Shown here in pieces: positions 1 to 9,097 of a DNA stretch of 64,000 nucleotides. Origin of the DNA: a virus (taxonomy: Duplodnaviria; Caudoviricetes). Each line of letters starts with the position of its first letter. Within the stretch, counting starts at the first letter, position 1. The stretch is from positions 10,974 through 74,973 of the IMG/VR virus record IMGVR_UViG_3300020045_002296. One strand, given 5' to 3'. A program made the position numbers and the translations under genes. The notes beneath the pieces were generated by a model. That model worked only from the letters and a program-made list of their open reading frames with translations, was not told the DNA's origin and made no database searches.

Positions 1-57
1 GAACTTAACGATGCCTCTGTGAGAGAAATGAGTGTCTGAGATCAAGTATGTGTTCAT
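1..57 (-). CDS. Calcineurin-like metallophosphoesterase, N-terminal fragment (runs off window)
   Basis: Reverse strand reads MNTYLISDTHFSHRGIVKF; the DxH metal-binding motif is typical of phage phosphoesterases. Confidence 0.65.
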   Translation of the reverse strand, partial: MNTYLISDTHFSHRGIVKF

Positions 58-67
58 ACGCGTTCTT

Positions 68-433
68 TCAGTAATCTGATGAATTAGAACTAGAAGAACT
101 ATCACAACTACTAGAGGAACTTGAGTAATCACTTGATGAGGCACTGGAACAACTGTTGTAACTTGTAACAGAACTTGTGGTAAGTGCATCTACCACTAGG
201 TATGTCATAAGAGCATTGTTGGTGTCCTGTGAGACATTACTGTTATAAGGTGTAGTATCACTAAGGCTTCTGTGCGCTGAAACATGCGCCGCTGGCCTAG
301 AAGTATACATAGGTGTCCTGCCTGTTAAGGAGGGTTTAAACTCCTTTGTACTTAAGCTGGGTGGCGCAGGAGTAGGAGTGATCATACTTGGCAGTGGTTT
401 AATTTTGAAGAACTTCTTGATCTTGTTGAACAT
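68..433 (-). CDS. Hypothetical protein with Pro-rich N-terminus and Ser-rich low-complexity C-terminus
   Basis: 121-aa ORF, co-oriented with the downstream phosphoesterase. Confidence 0.6.
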   Translation of the reverse strand: MFNKIKKFFKIKPLPSMITPTPAPPSLSTKEFKPSLTGRTPMYTSRPAAHVSAHRSLSDTTPYNSNVSQDTNNALMTYLVVDALTTSSVTSYNSCSSASSSDYSSSSSSCDSSSSSNSSDY

Positions 434-512
434 GTTTTTCCTTTCGTTATTAAGTCCAGCAAGTGTACCACAAGTCTTTCTACGGTCAAGTGAAATAAAC
501 TTAAGAAAGAAC

Positions 513-542
513 TTGACATTGCTACAGAAGCTGTGTCATAAT
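513..542 (+). promoter_or_regulatory. Sigma70-like promoter
   Basis: TTGACA-18 nt-CATAAT. Confidence 0.5.
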
Positions 543-1001
543 GCACTCATGGATAAGAGAAGTCTAGGCAATGATGCAGTTCATTGTACACAAGTGGTTC
601 ATAACTCTCCACTGGCTACGAGTAATCATCTCAGGTGCTAAATCTCACCAATAATTTCCAGCTAACAAACGGTAAGCACAAAAGCAAGACCAAAGGTCTT
701 TCGCTTAAACACTTACTAGACGAATGCAAAGGGCACTACATTGGCTTCTTCGGAACCTGTTGTAGTGGGAACGTCTGACAGGAACCTCAGAGCAAAGATA
801 ACAGCCCGTCAGGGATGAGTCTAAGAGCTTTAGGAATCTCAGTTTCTCTTATCTTTTAGGGCAGAGCATTACACCGAATAGTGACTTCTCCCTAAAGGGT
901 AACTACGTCTGATTTTCCTAGAGCAACCTTATCTTAGGTTTATACTTAAGTTATTACTTAGGTATGTAATATAATGAAGTCTTATTAACTAGAAAGAAGA
1001 T

Positions 1002-1184
1002 ATGTTCAACAAATCAGAAGAAGCTATAAAGTCTATTGCTAAGTCTATGTCTTTGATTCATGAGAAGTATGAAGGAAAAGAGAACAAAGAACTAAGGGAG
1101 TCATTACTCCAACCACTAAGAGATGCTTGTGTAGACTTACATAAGTTCAGGATTGATCTAAATGTGTTGTGTTTTAACAAATGA
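1002..1184 (+). CDS. Hypothetical protein
   Basis: 60-aa ORF with GAAAGAAG upstream; overlaps next ORF (ATGA). Confidence 0.6.
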   Translation: MFNKSEEAIKSIAKSMSLIHEKYEGKENKELRESLLQPLRDACVDLHKFRIDLNVLCFNK

Positions 1185-1660
1185 ATAACCCACAATACCA
1201 AGCAATAAGGTACGACTACAGAGAAGGTCTGTTGTATTTAGTAAAGACTAACAAGGTTATCATCCCTGATGATGAAAACAAAGTTTACTTCGGGTACGAC
1301 AACAAGCGATACGTAGTCAACTCTGGTAAGTTGTGCTATGAGATTCTGCATGGTTGTAGCATTCCAGAAAATCACAGGTTGATCTTCAAGGATTTAAACA
1401 AGCGTAATCTCAAAGGTAACAACTTAGCTATCATCCAGAGTGAACAATACAAAGAAGTACAAGAAGCCATCAAGAACCTCTCAGGATGGCTTAGGTTAGG
1501 TACACACAGTAAATGTATGTACAGCTATGTCCTTGAGTACAGACTCGGTGGTAAGCCTGTTAAACGTGTGATTGATGATGTGGTAGTAGCCAAGAGGGAA
1601 CTACTGAAGATGCAACTGAAGTTCACTAAGATTGTGTCGAAGTATTTTTATTTAGAGTAG
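1181..1660 (+). CDS. HNH-like endonuclease (degenerate)
   Basis: KLCYEILHG..IPENHRLIFKDLNKRNLKGNNL resembles the HNH core, but the catalytic His is not evident. Confidence 0.5.
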   Translation: MNNPQYQAIRYDYREGLLYLVKTNKVIIPDDENKVYFGYDNKRYVVNSGKLCYEILHGCSIPENHRLIFKDLNKRNLKGNNLAIIQSEQYKEVQEAIKNLSGWLRLGTHSKCMYSYVLEYRLGGKPVKRVIDDVVVAKRELLKMQLKFTKIVSKYFYLE

Positions 1661-1700
1661 TTGTGATACACTACATTTAACTTAACTAAAGGAACAGTAA

Positions 1701-1850
1701 ATGAAACCAACATTCGTACTTATCTGCGATGAACGTGCTTATAGTTACGTCAACGGGAAATTAGATCAAGTCTGTGTAATTACACCTACACGTTCTATCA
1801 AGAAAGACATTGAGTATTTTCGTGTAAATGGATTGGATATGGAAGAATGA
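1701..1850 (+). CDS. Small hypothetical protein (49 aa, not in ORF track)
   Basis: AAAGGA RBS and promoter-leader cassette; MKPTFVLICDERAY... Confidence 0.55.
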   Translation: MKPTFVLICDERAYSYVNGKLDQVCVITPTRSIKKDIEYFRVNGLDMEE

Positions 1851-2023
1851 CTTCACATGAGCTAGCTAGGAAGCTTCTAGAGGTGGAAGATGTACCAGTT
1901 ATTAGATATGTTGATGAAGGTATTTATTACGAGGAAATAGTAGAAGTATCTGATTATCAGTACTTGTCTTACTACAGTGCAGACAGGAGCAATCATATTG
2001 CTAATTGTGTTGAGCTTTTCTAG
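1847..2023 (+). CDS. Small hypothetical protein (58 aa, not in ORF track)
   Basis: ATGA overlap with previous gene; MTSHELARKLLEVEDVPV... Confidence 0.55.
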   Translation: MTSHELARKLLEVEDVPVIRYVDEGIYYEEIVEVSDYQYLSYYSADRSNHIANCVELF

Positions 2024-2031
2024 AGTATTAC

Positions 2032-2060
2032 TTGCATTATTACAAGACGCATGATATAAT
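2032..2060 (+). promoter_or_regulatory. Sigma70 promoter driving the tRNA/ncRNA region
   Basis: TTGCAT-17 nt-TATAAT with TG extension. Confidence 0.7.
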
Positions 2061-2160
2061 CCACGTTAATTACTATCATGGACTCGCATAATTGGATTGC
2101 AGCACTCGTTAAGGTGCCTCGAAAGAAAGTATGTCTATTCACCAATCCAGAACAAAAGAA

Positions 2161-2233
2161 TCTTCAGTAGCATATTGGTAAATGCACTCGTATGTGGATA
2201 CGAGAGGTTGTTGTTCGATTCAACACTGATTAT
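2161..2233 (+). tRNA. tRNA-His(GTG)-like, atypical or pseudo
   Basis: D-arm GCAT/ATGC; anticodon stem CTCGT/ACGAG with 8-nt loop ATGTGGAT; T-arm TGTTG-TTCGATT-CAACA; acceptor stem has mismatches; no CCA. Confidence 0.5.
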
Positions 2234-2297
2234 TGTATAGTGGCTTGCACCACCATAACGGTCTGGTAAACAGACGCTGCATAACGTAAGCAGTACA

Positions 2298-2401
2298 CAA
2301 GCATTGCCAGAGTGGTCTAATGGTGATTGTACTGAAAGTCCGGCTGTGCGTAGTACAAACGCTATACAGAGGATTCACAGGTTCGTATCCTGTATGCTTG
2401 A
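2298..2401 (+). tRNA. Class II (long variable arm) tRNA-like element, anticodon unresolved
   Basis: Perfect 7-bp acceptor CAAGCAT/ATGCTTG; D-loop AGTGGTCTAA; T-arm ACAGG-TTCGTAT-CCTGT; long variable stem; anticodon arm does not fold canonically. Confidence 0.5.
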
Positions 2402-2553
2402 ACAAAGATGCAACCTCGCAGGTTGGCTCGGTACGTAGTACCATGCATGAGATTCATCTAGACTTATTCTGTATCATCTGCTGTTCTTCGGTGGATAGGG
2501 ACTGTTAACCGGTCGGTAGATACTCCGTAATATAGTAAGCGGAACTTTTAAGC

Positions 2554-2711
2554 AAGCGTCGGTGTGGAATTCTTAATCAGAGCACACAAAACTAGAAATA
2601 TACCGGGATGTTAAACCGGGGAAGAAAACAGTTCACCCGCTTCTAGGTTCGTGCGGTTGACTTGTGAGGCACGTCAGACAGTGTCATGCTTGGTTGGTGA
2701 CAAGCACGCTT
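2554..2711 (+). ncRNA. Putative multi-branched structured RNA
   Basis: Outer stem AAGCGT/ACGCTT enclosing GTGTG/CACAC, CTAGAA/TTCTAG, CCGG/CCGG, TGAC/GTCA and TGCTT/AAGCA hairpins; no ORF. Confidence 0.4.
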
Positions 2712-2729
2712 ACTTAAGATAACAATTCA

Positions 2730-2805
2730 GGGACTGTACTTCAGAGAATAGAAGAACCGGCTTCTACCCGGTATGTCGTAGGTTTGAATCCTACCAGTCC
2801 CGCCA
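2730..2805 (+). tRNA. tRNA-Arg(TCT)
   Basis: GGGACTG/CAGTCCC acceptor, ACCGG-CTTCTAC-CCGGT anticodon arm, GTAGG-TTTGAAT-CCTAC T-arm, encoded CCA; 76 nt. Confidence 0.9.
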
Positions 2806-2946
2806 TAAATAGGTTGTCTGACGAGACTTCAAATACACACTTAACAGTAATTCCGTAACTGGGTACTTCTTTATGGTAAATGTGTAAACCACAAGAGTTA
2901 CCTCTACTTGTGAACTAATTAACTCAACATAACAATAATAATTTCT

Positions 2947-3183
2947 ATGACTAAACAAAAAGAAAAACCAATGCACTTCTGTAGAGCTTGCGGTACACAG
3001 CTTGTATTCGTGAGTACTTTCCGTAGAGGCATCTGTGGTAAATGTGCTGGTGAGATTTCATCAGTACAACCAACGACACTAGACGATATTGATACCGACA
3101 TTGATTTGTTGGTTAATCCTACCCGTAAGACACGAGCACCTGATAGTGATTCAGCGAGTGGGTATATTAATTCAGAGGACTAG
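2947..3183 (+). CDS. Small zinc-finger protein
   Basis: CxxC (CRAC) and CxxC (CGKC) pair. Confidence 0.5.
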   Translation: MTKQKEKPMHFCRACGTQLVFVSTFRRGICGKCAGEISSVQPTTLDDIDTDIDLLVNPTRKTRAPDSDSASGYINSED

Positions 3184-3239
3184 CTTGCCAGGACGATAGG
3201 ACACAGATTAATTTGTGGTATACTTTAAGGAGAATAACT

Positions 3240-3356
3240 ATGAATGAAGGCGACGGATATGCAGACAAACTAGCAGAAGCTTTCGATAAGGCACTTCTAG
3301 AGTTCGGGAATAAGCGTTTAGCTAAGGCTTTGTATAGTGAAGGCTGGGATGGTTAA
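3240..3356 (+). CDS. Small hypothetical protein (38 aa)
   Basis: AAGGAG RBS downstream of extended -10 TGTGGTATACT. Confidence 0.45.
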   Translation: MNEGDGYADKLAEAFDKALLEFGNKRLAKALYSEGWDG

Positions 3357-3369
3357 ATAAGATTACTAA

Positions 3370-3730
3370 ACACAAGTCATGTCGGGATTAAGTTCGGTCG
3401 GTACGTAATAGTACAGAACATGTAGACGGTAAAGGGTGCAAGCAGGTGGTATAGAAACCACTAGATAAAAACATTAGCTTGATTGAATACCTGTGGTAGC
3501 CTACTTGTGGTTAGTACCTATAATGAACTCGCGTTGCAACGAGGTTCCTGGGCAAGAACTAAAAGGCTCTCACCACATCAAGTAATTAGGGCTTGTATTG
3601 TCGTGGACTCGGAGATTAACGTGCGAGTATAAACTGACGTTACGTTCTTAGGTAATCTAGTTTAACACCTAAGCGAACCGTGTGGCTTCTGGAGCGTAAT
3701 ACCAGACCTATATGATGGTAAGCAGGACTT
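3370..3730 (+). ncRNA. Putative structured non-coding RNA
   Basis: ORF-free stretch with serial hairpins (CATGT/ACATG, GTGGT/ACCAC, CTCG/CGAG, ACTCG/CGAGT, TTAGGT/ACCTAA, TCTGG/CCAGA). Confidence 0.3.
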
Positions 3731-3828
3731 ATAAAATTACTACATTTCAACGGATTACTTAAGATTTAATTATTCTATCTCAGAAATAGTTATTTCTAGG
3801 TACTTTCTCTTGGATTTAATTACAATTA

Positions 3829-3904
3829 TCTACTGTGATTTAACTGGAAGAATCCGAGCGAGATTTACACTCGGTGTGCAGGTTCGAGTCCTGTCAGTAG
3901 ATCA
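3829..3904 (+). tRNA. tRNA-like (Val TAC-derived?) with expanded 11-nt anticodon loop
   Basis: Acceptor TCTACTG/CAGTAGA; T-arm GCAGG-TTCGAGT-CCTGT; anticodon stem CCGAG/CTCGG with loop CGAGATTTACA. Confidence 0.6.
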
Positions 3905-4200
3905 AGAATAAACCACAAGCATTTTAAGTTTTTGTTTGTGCATAAATACTACTATTAAGAGGTAGTACCCTGTGTGCAGTTCCGAAAGGTGAAAGCTTAT
4001 GTTGTGCTTGCTGGTTAATCTGTCAGCATAGCTCAAGTATAGATTCGTTCCGCTTGTAGCTTTTGAACTGACCCCGGAATGTAACCGGGACTAATAAACG
4101 TGTACGAAATCTAGGCAGTTAGAAAGACATGCCGTGGATATGTACACGTAATGAACACATATACATAGAATTGCACAAAGTGCTGTTTTGATAACATCTA
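3905..4200 (+). ncRNA. Putative structured non-coding RNA
   Basis: Hairpins TACTAC/GTAGTA, TGCTG/CAGCA, CCCGG/CCGGG, and ACGTGTAC/GTACACGT (4098-4149) enclosing GGCA/TGCC. Confidence 0.3.
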
Positions 4201-4204
4201 TGTA

Positions 4205-4771
4205 TTACATACCATGTCTTTCTGTGTAGTTCATACCTAAGCTGTTAAGTATGTCAAGTTGCTCACGTCTGTATTTTACTGCTAATGTAATAGCCCTATC
4301 TAGTCCTAGTTTATTAACAGAGAACAGTTTTTGGTATTGCTTCTTGTCTACACCCCTCCAAGAAGCTGTTATGTAGTCAAAACCTTTTGCATGCAGCTTA
4401 TATACTCCTGTGTGTCCTGTAGAACTTCTATTCTTTGCTGCCTTAATATTCTGAGTATTATGTTGCTGTGTCTTTAGGGTTAAATTACAGATTGAGTTAT
4501 TGAATGCATTTCCATCCAGATGATCTATAACTAATGTACTGTCAATACTTCCATAAGTCATTACCCAAATAATTCGATGGGCAAGGTATAACTTAGAGTT
4601 AAACTTAACTCTCCATCCAAAACCGACTCCGTTTTTAAGGTAATTCTTACCACCAGCAACAGCTCCACAGCACTTACCGCAATTGCGACGTAGCCCGCTT
4701 TCACTGCTTGTATCTAACGACAGGAATTGATCCCACTTGATCGAATTATAATCTAACGTACTTTTACACAT
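4205..4771 (-). CDS. HNH homing endonuclease with AP2-like C-terminal domain
   Basis: AHRIIW...VIDHLDGNAFNNSICNL...YTERHG; start reassigned to ATG 4771 after AGGAG RBS. Confidence 0.85.
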   Translation of the reverse strand: MCKSTLDYNSIKWDQFLSLDTSSESGLRRNCGKCCGAVAGGKNYLKNGVGFGWRVKFNSKLYLAHRIIWVMTYGSIDSTLVIDHLDGNAFNNSICNLTLKTQQHNTQNIKAAKNRSSTGHTGVYKLHAKGFDYITASWRGVDKKQYQKLFSVNKLGLDRAITLAVKYRREQLDILNSLGMNYTERHGM

Positions 4772-4817
4772 ATTGCTCCTATTAATTAAAATAAGAGTAT
4801 AACACAAGGAAACAAAT

Positions 4818-5207
4818 ATGGTCTTTAAAGCAAGAAAAGATAACAACGGTGAACTCGACTCCAGAATTAACACCAAGGGAAGGATTGTTAGAGAAAAACC
4901 TTTAAATAGAGAGCTAAAGGACAGATACCTTATAGAGTTGCTGAGAAAACTACGTCCGGGGCAAGCTAGTGCCATTAAAAGAGTGCTAGATATTGTTAAG
5001 GATGAAGGAACCTCTGCGCAGAATGCAATTAAGGCAAGTGCGTTAGTGCTGAGTACATATACCTCATTAATTAAAGAATTGTACGGTCGAGACGAAGTAG
5101 ACGAGGATGAAATTTCTATTGAAGAAATCCAAGAAGTAAACCCTCCAGCAAAACTCTTCAGTTTGACTATGATTAAGAATAACGAAGTAGTAGATAAATC
5201 AGACTAA
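4818..5207 (+). CDS. Probable terminase small subunit
   Basis: 129-aa helical protein immediately upstream of TerL (positional inference). Confidence 0.5.
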   Translation: MVFKARKDNNGELDSRINTKGRIVREKPLNRELKDRYLIELLRKLRPGQASAIKRVLDIVKDEGTSAQNAIKASALVLSTYTSLIKELYGRDEVDEDEISIEEIQEVNPPAKLFSLTMIKNNEVVDKSD

Positions 5208-5219
5208 GTAAGGAGTTAA

Positions 5220-5631
5220 ATGGCAACAGCTAAGAAAAACAATAAAAAGATTATGAAAGGGGATGAAATATCCCTTGCCCCTGCTAGTAAAAAGCAAGAA
5301 ATGATTCTTAACTCTAGTAGTACAATCACACTGGCAGGTGGCGCTGCTGGGAGTGGTAAGACCTTCACACTTCTTATGACAGCTTTAAGGTTCTTACAGC
5401 ATCCAAGGGCCACAGCAGTTCTGTTCCGTCGCACAAGTAAAATGCTGACAGCACCGGGGTCGATCTGGCATGAAGCTGTTAGTATGTACAGTGCTTTGTA
5501 CTCTGATTTAAAGATCAGAGCGAGAGAAACTGAAATTGTGTTCCCTAATGGAGCACTGCTAAAGTTCTCCCACATGCAGCATGAGAACAATATGTATGAC
5601 CATAAAGGTGGTCAATATTCATTCGTAGGGT
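5220..5631 (+). CDS. terL: Terminase large subunit, exon 1
   Basis: Walker A GGAAGSGKT; ends at GQYSFVG, just before Walker B FDE. Confidence 0.9.
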
Positions 5632-5885
5632 TAACGCAAGTCAGGCCCCTTTGAGTAGGAATACTCATAGCAAATCTATCTAAACGGGGAATATCTCACT
5701 GAGACAACCTACCGTGCTAAATTGCGAAAGCATAAAAGCCTAACGACTAGAGTGAAAGCTCGTAGTATCAAGTGATACGAAACGATAGAGTTCCTAGTTG
5801 GAACATGATATAGTCTAATCTGTATAGCGATATATAGCAGCTTAGTTGCGGGGATAGCCTAACGAACTATCTTGAATAAATTTTG
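5632..5885 (+). mobile_element. Group I intron (254 nt, no ORF) in terL
   Basis: 5' exon ends in T, intron ends in G; P7 GACTA/TAGTC in CCTAACGACTAGA...ATGATATAGTCTA; removal restores GGG T|TT GAC GAA (G-F-D-E). Confidence 0.9.
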
Positions 5886-6931
5886 TTGACGAAGTTACGG
5901 ATTTCACTGAGACACAGGTTGTCTACTTGCTTTCCAGAATGCGGAATGCTCACGTAGACTATAGACCTCAGATGTTCCTTAGTACTAACCCAGAGTACCA
6001 CCATTTTACAAGACACTGGATTCAAGATTTTTACTTAGATACTAATGGAATACCTATTGCTGAGAGAGCAGGTCATGAACGTTTCTTTGTACGACAAGGT
6101 AACAACATGGTTTGGTATAACTCAAGGCAAGAAGCAGAAGCTATTCATGGAACTGGTGATGCTACAGGTATTAGTTCATTTACCTTTATCCCTGCTACCT
6201 GTAGGGACAACCCCCCACTTTTATTAGCTCAACCTGACTATATCTCACGATTAATGTCACTTCCAAGAATCGAACGTGAAAAGCTACTTGATGGATGTTG
6301 GTTTTCACGAGTAGAGTCAAGTGGTTTGTTCAGACGAGAGTGGGTAGAAATGATGGAGTTTCCTAACTCAAAAGCTACCAACAGAGTTAGAGCTTACGAC
6401 TGTGCATTTACTAAGGTATCCGAAGCATCTCCTAATCCTGACTGGACTCGTGGTGTTCTTATGTCGAAAGACAAGCAGAGTGTATACACCATTGAGGATA
6501 TGGTAAGTATGCGTGATAGGGTTCATAATGTAGAAAAACTTATCTTTGATACAGCAGAGATTGATGGACAAGACGTTATTATATCAATCCCTCAAGATCC
6601 GAATGCTCAAGCAGGTGCCTACGCTAAAGACCTTCAACGCAGACTAGCTGAAAAAGGATACACAGTAAAGTTATCGAAGCCTGTAAAATCTAAGATGATT
6701 CGCTTTGCGCCTTTTGCAAGTATTGCTCAAGCTGGGTATGTAAAAGTAGTTGAGGCAGAGTGGAATAAAGACTTATTTGAAGAAGCAGAAGTATTCACTG
6801 GTCTTAAAGGAAACAGAGATGACATTTGTGACTGCATCAGTGATTGTGTAGCAATCCTAAACAGAACGCAAGAACTTTGTTCGTTCACCCTCCCAGACCT
6901 ATCCACCGCTAGCTCCTTCGGTTTTAATTAA
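5886..6931 (+). CDS. terL: Terminase large subunit, exon 2 (spliced product 485 aa)
   Basis: FDEVTDFTETQVVYLLSRMR...STNP; nuclease domain RAYDCAF...DDICD. Confidence 0.9.
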
Positions 6932-7112
6932 AGTTCTTACAGCCTCTACAGTCAGTTTAACCAACCGAATGCTACATCCGTATTCCCAAGGTTAAACAAA
7001 CGTTATACAGGCTGTTCTAGTCAGTCCTAGTACTAGCATATCACTTGTGATTACTTACCTTCGTAATCAAGCCTTAAACAATCAATAATGATAACATAAC
7101 CAAAGGAGCCTA

Positions 7113-8597
7113 ATGGCAACTAAGAGTACTAAAACAGCACAACCACCACTACCATCATACGCTCAACCACAACCATTCTCATTGAGTGAGCAAGGTTACA
7201 ACGGTATGAATGTATTCGGTGGTATCCCTCAAGATGAGATCAAGCGTGAGCTTATATTCCCCGCCAGTATTACTACCTTCAAGAAGATGGCAATGCACTC
7301 AGCAATTGCAGCACCGCTTACATTGTTTGATACGCAACTCGGGAAGGTAGACTGGAAGGTTCAACCACCAGATAACCCCACAAAGAAAGAACAGACGCAG
7401 ACTCAGTTCATCCGTGATTGTATGCAAGATATGGAGCATTCCTTTAGTGATTTCATCCGTGATGCTGCTAGTGCTAATCAGTTCGGCTTTAGTGTACACG
7501 AGAAAGTCTTTCGCTATCGTACTAAAGATGAAGGTTCGATGTTCACTGATGGAAAAATTGGTTGGCGTAAACTGCCAATCAGGAACCAAGAGACAATCTA
7601 CAAGTTCTTATTTAGTGCTGACGGTAATGATCTTATCGGAGTAGAGCAATCGTTTCCTAGTACTGATCCCTACGGACGTTACTCTACCAGAGTTGATAAC
7701 CCTAAGCTATCTCTAGGTGTTGATGGTAAGGCTATGCTCTTTAGAGTAGGTAAACACCGGGGTGATCCTTGTGGTAAGTCTCCATTAAGAGATGCTTATA
7801 CTGCTTGGTTGTACTTAACAGCAATTGAAGAAATCGAAGGTCAAGGCGTCAACCGAGATTTAAAAGGTTTACCTATCCTGAAGATTCCACCTCAGTATAT
7901 GTCAGCAGATGCTACACCAGATCAGAAGTCTATTTATTCTGCATATCAAAACGCTCTGAGAAACTTAAGCACTGGTCAGCAGTCAGGTATGATTTTACCA
8001 ACCGCGTGGGACTCTGAGAGTAAGCAAGCCCTATTTAGCCTTGAGTTACTTAACTCAGCAGGGGCAAAGTCATTTGATACTACCAAGATTAAAGAGTACT
8101 ACAAGAACGCTATTTACACAGCTATGTCCAGTGATATTCTAGTTATGGGTCAGTCAAGTACAGGTTCATTTGCGCTGGGGGCAATAAAGAATTCTCTAGT
8201 AGGTGCTTACCTTGAGAACATGGTTAAGAACCTGTTGGAAGTTATCAACAATGAACTAATCAAGCAGACCTACAGACTAAACGGATGGGATGAAACCCGT
8301 ATGTGTAAGATGTACGCGGATAACCTAGAGAATGAAGATACAGAAGCTCTCTCAAAGCTGGTTCAGCGCGTAAGCTCAGTCGGAGCACTAGAAATAGATC
8401 GTGCAGTACTTAATAGAGTACGTCGAGCAATGTCTGTAGATGAGCTTCCAGATGATCTAGAGCCACAGATTGATATTATGCCGGGTTTCACATCTAAATC
8501 AGGTGCTGGTATGGCTAATGGTACTGTAGGCGAAGGTACAGCTACTTCATTAAGCGGTAGTGATACTTCTAGTACAAACGCAGATAATGCTGCTTAG
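7113..8597 (+). CDS. Portal protein
   Basis: 494 aa, directly after TerL; FGFSVHEKV...CGKSPLRDAY motifs of the DUF935/Mu-like portal type. Confidence 0.8.
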   Translation: MATKSTKTAQPPLPSYAQPQPFSLSEQGYNGMNVFGGIPQDEIKRELIFPASITTFKKMAMHSAIAAPLTLFDTQLGKVDWKVQPPDNPTKKEQTQTQFIRDCMQDMEHSFSDFIRDAASANQFGFSVHEKVFRYRTKDEGSMFTDGKIGWRKLPIRNQETIYKFLFSADGNDLIGVEQSFPSTDPYGRYSTRVDNPKLSLGVDGKAMLFRVGKHRGDPCGKSPLRDAYTAWLYLTAIEEIEGQGVNRDLKGLPILKIPPQYMSADATPDQKSIYSAYQNALRNLSTGQQSGMILPTAWDSESKQALFSLELLNSAGAKSFDTTKIKEYYKNAIYTAMSSDILVMGQSSTGSFALGAIKNSLVGAYLENMVKNLLEVINNELIKQTYRLNGWDETRMCKMYADNLENEDTEALSKLVQRVSSVGALEIDRAVLNRVRRAMSVDELPDDLEPQIDIMPGFTSKSGAGMANGTVGEGTATSLSGSDTSSTNADNAA

Positions 8598-8630
8598 TAA
8601 TAGAAAATAACTATAGACTTTACTATTTCA

Positions 8631-8659
8631 TTGACTTAGAGTATAACTGGTGATATAAT
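8631..8659 (+). promoter_or_regulatory. Sigma70 promoter for head genes
   Basis: TTGACT-17 nt-TATAAT with TG extension. Confidence 0.75.
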
Positions 8660-8696
8660 CCTACTATCGCTAGTTTACCTAATATAGGAGAAAACT

Positions 8697-9092
8697 ATCA
8701 CAAACAAATCTAGACTAATCAAGAAATCACTAAATGATGAGCTAAGACTAGCAACCTTTATTGTACTTGAGCCTCAAGCAGACGATGGTACTACTACTGA
8801 TCTTCACGGAGATTGGTACTCCATCGAAGAAGTACATAAAGCTTCCATGTCCTTCAACCGACATTGCAGAACCGCAAATCTATTACATTTAGTCGAAACA
8901 ACAGGGTTCTCTTTTGATGAATCATACGTCACTCTAGCTGACATGGTTATTGAAGGTGAAACAATCCTAAAGGGAACTTGGGTAGCAACTGTGTACTGTC
9001 CTGACGATGATATTTGGGAAGCAGTCAAGGATGGCTCCTTGAATGGACTAAGTATCCAAGCTCTCGCATCAGTACACACAATTACAGAATAG
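8697..9092 (+). CDS. XkdF-like putative prohead serine protease, apparent non-AUG (ATC) start
   Basis: Frame open from ATC 8697, 6 nt after AGGAG, with in-frame TAG at 8685; LNDELRLATFIVLEP...DLHGDWYSIEEV...GTWV...VKDGSLNGLSI. Confidence 0.7.
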   Translation: MTNKSRLIKKSLNDELRLATFIVLEPQADDGTTTDLHGDWYSIEEVHKASMSFNRHCRTANLLHLVETTGFSFDESYVTLADMVIEGETILKGTWVATVYCPDDDIWEAVKDGSLNGLSIQALASVHTITE

Positions 9093-9097
9093 GAATT

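Noticed and set aside
378-641. 87-aa plus-strand ORF
   Set aside because: Overlaps the minus-strand gene and a promoter; no RBS and no recognisable motif
600-960. Possible fourth group I intron in long intergenic regions (also 3370-3780 and 17830-18500)
   Set aside because: No P7 (GACTA/TAGTC-type) R/S elements and no flanking exons that join into a frame
2818-2825. CTGACGAG hammerhead-core-like sequence after tRNA-Arg
   Set aside because: No matching GAAA core segment or closing stems found nearby
4772-4975. N-terminal extension of the 256-aa minus-strand HNH ORF
   Set aside because: Overlaps the putative terS gene on the other strand; a better AGGAG RBS precedes ATG 4771
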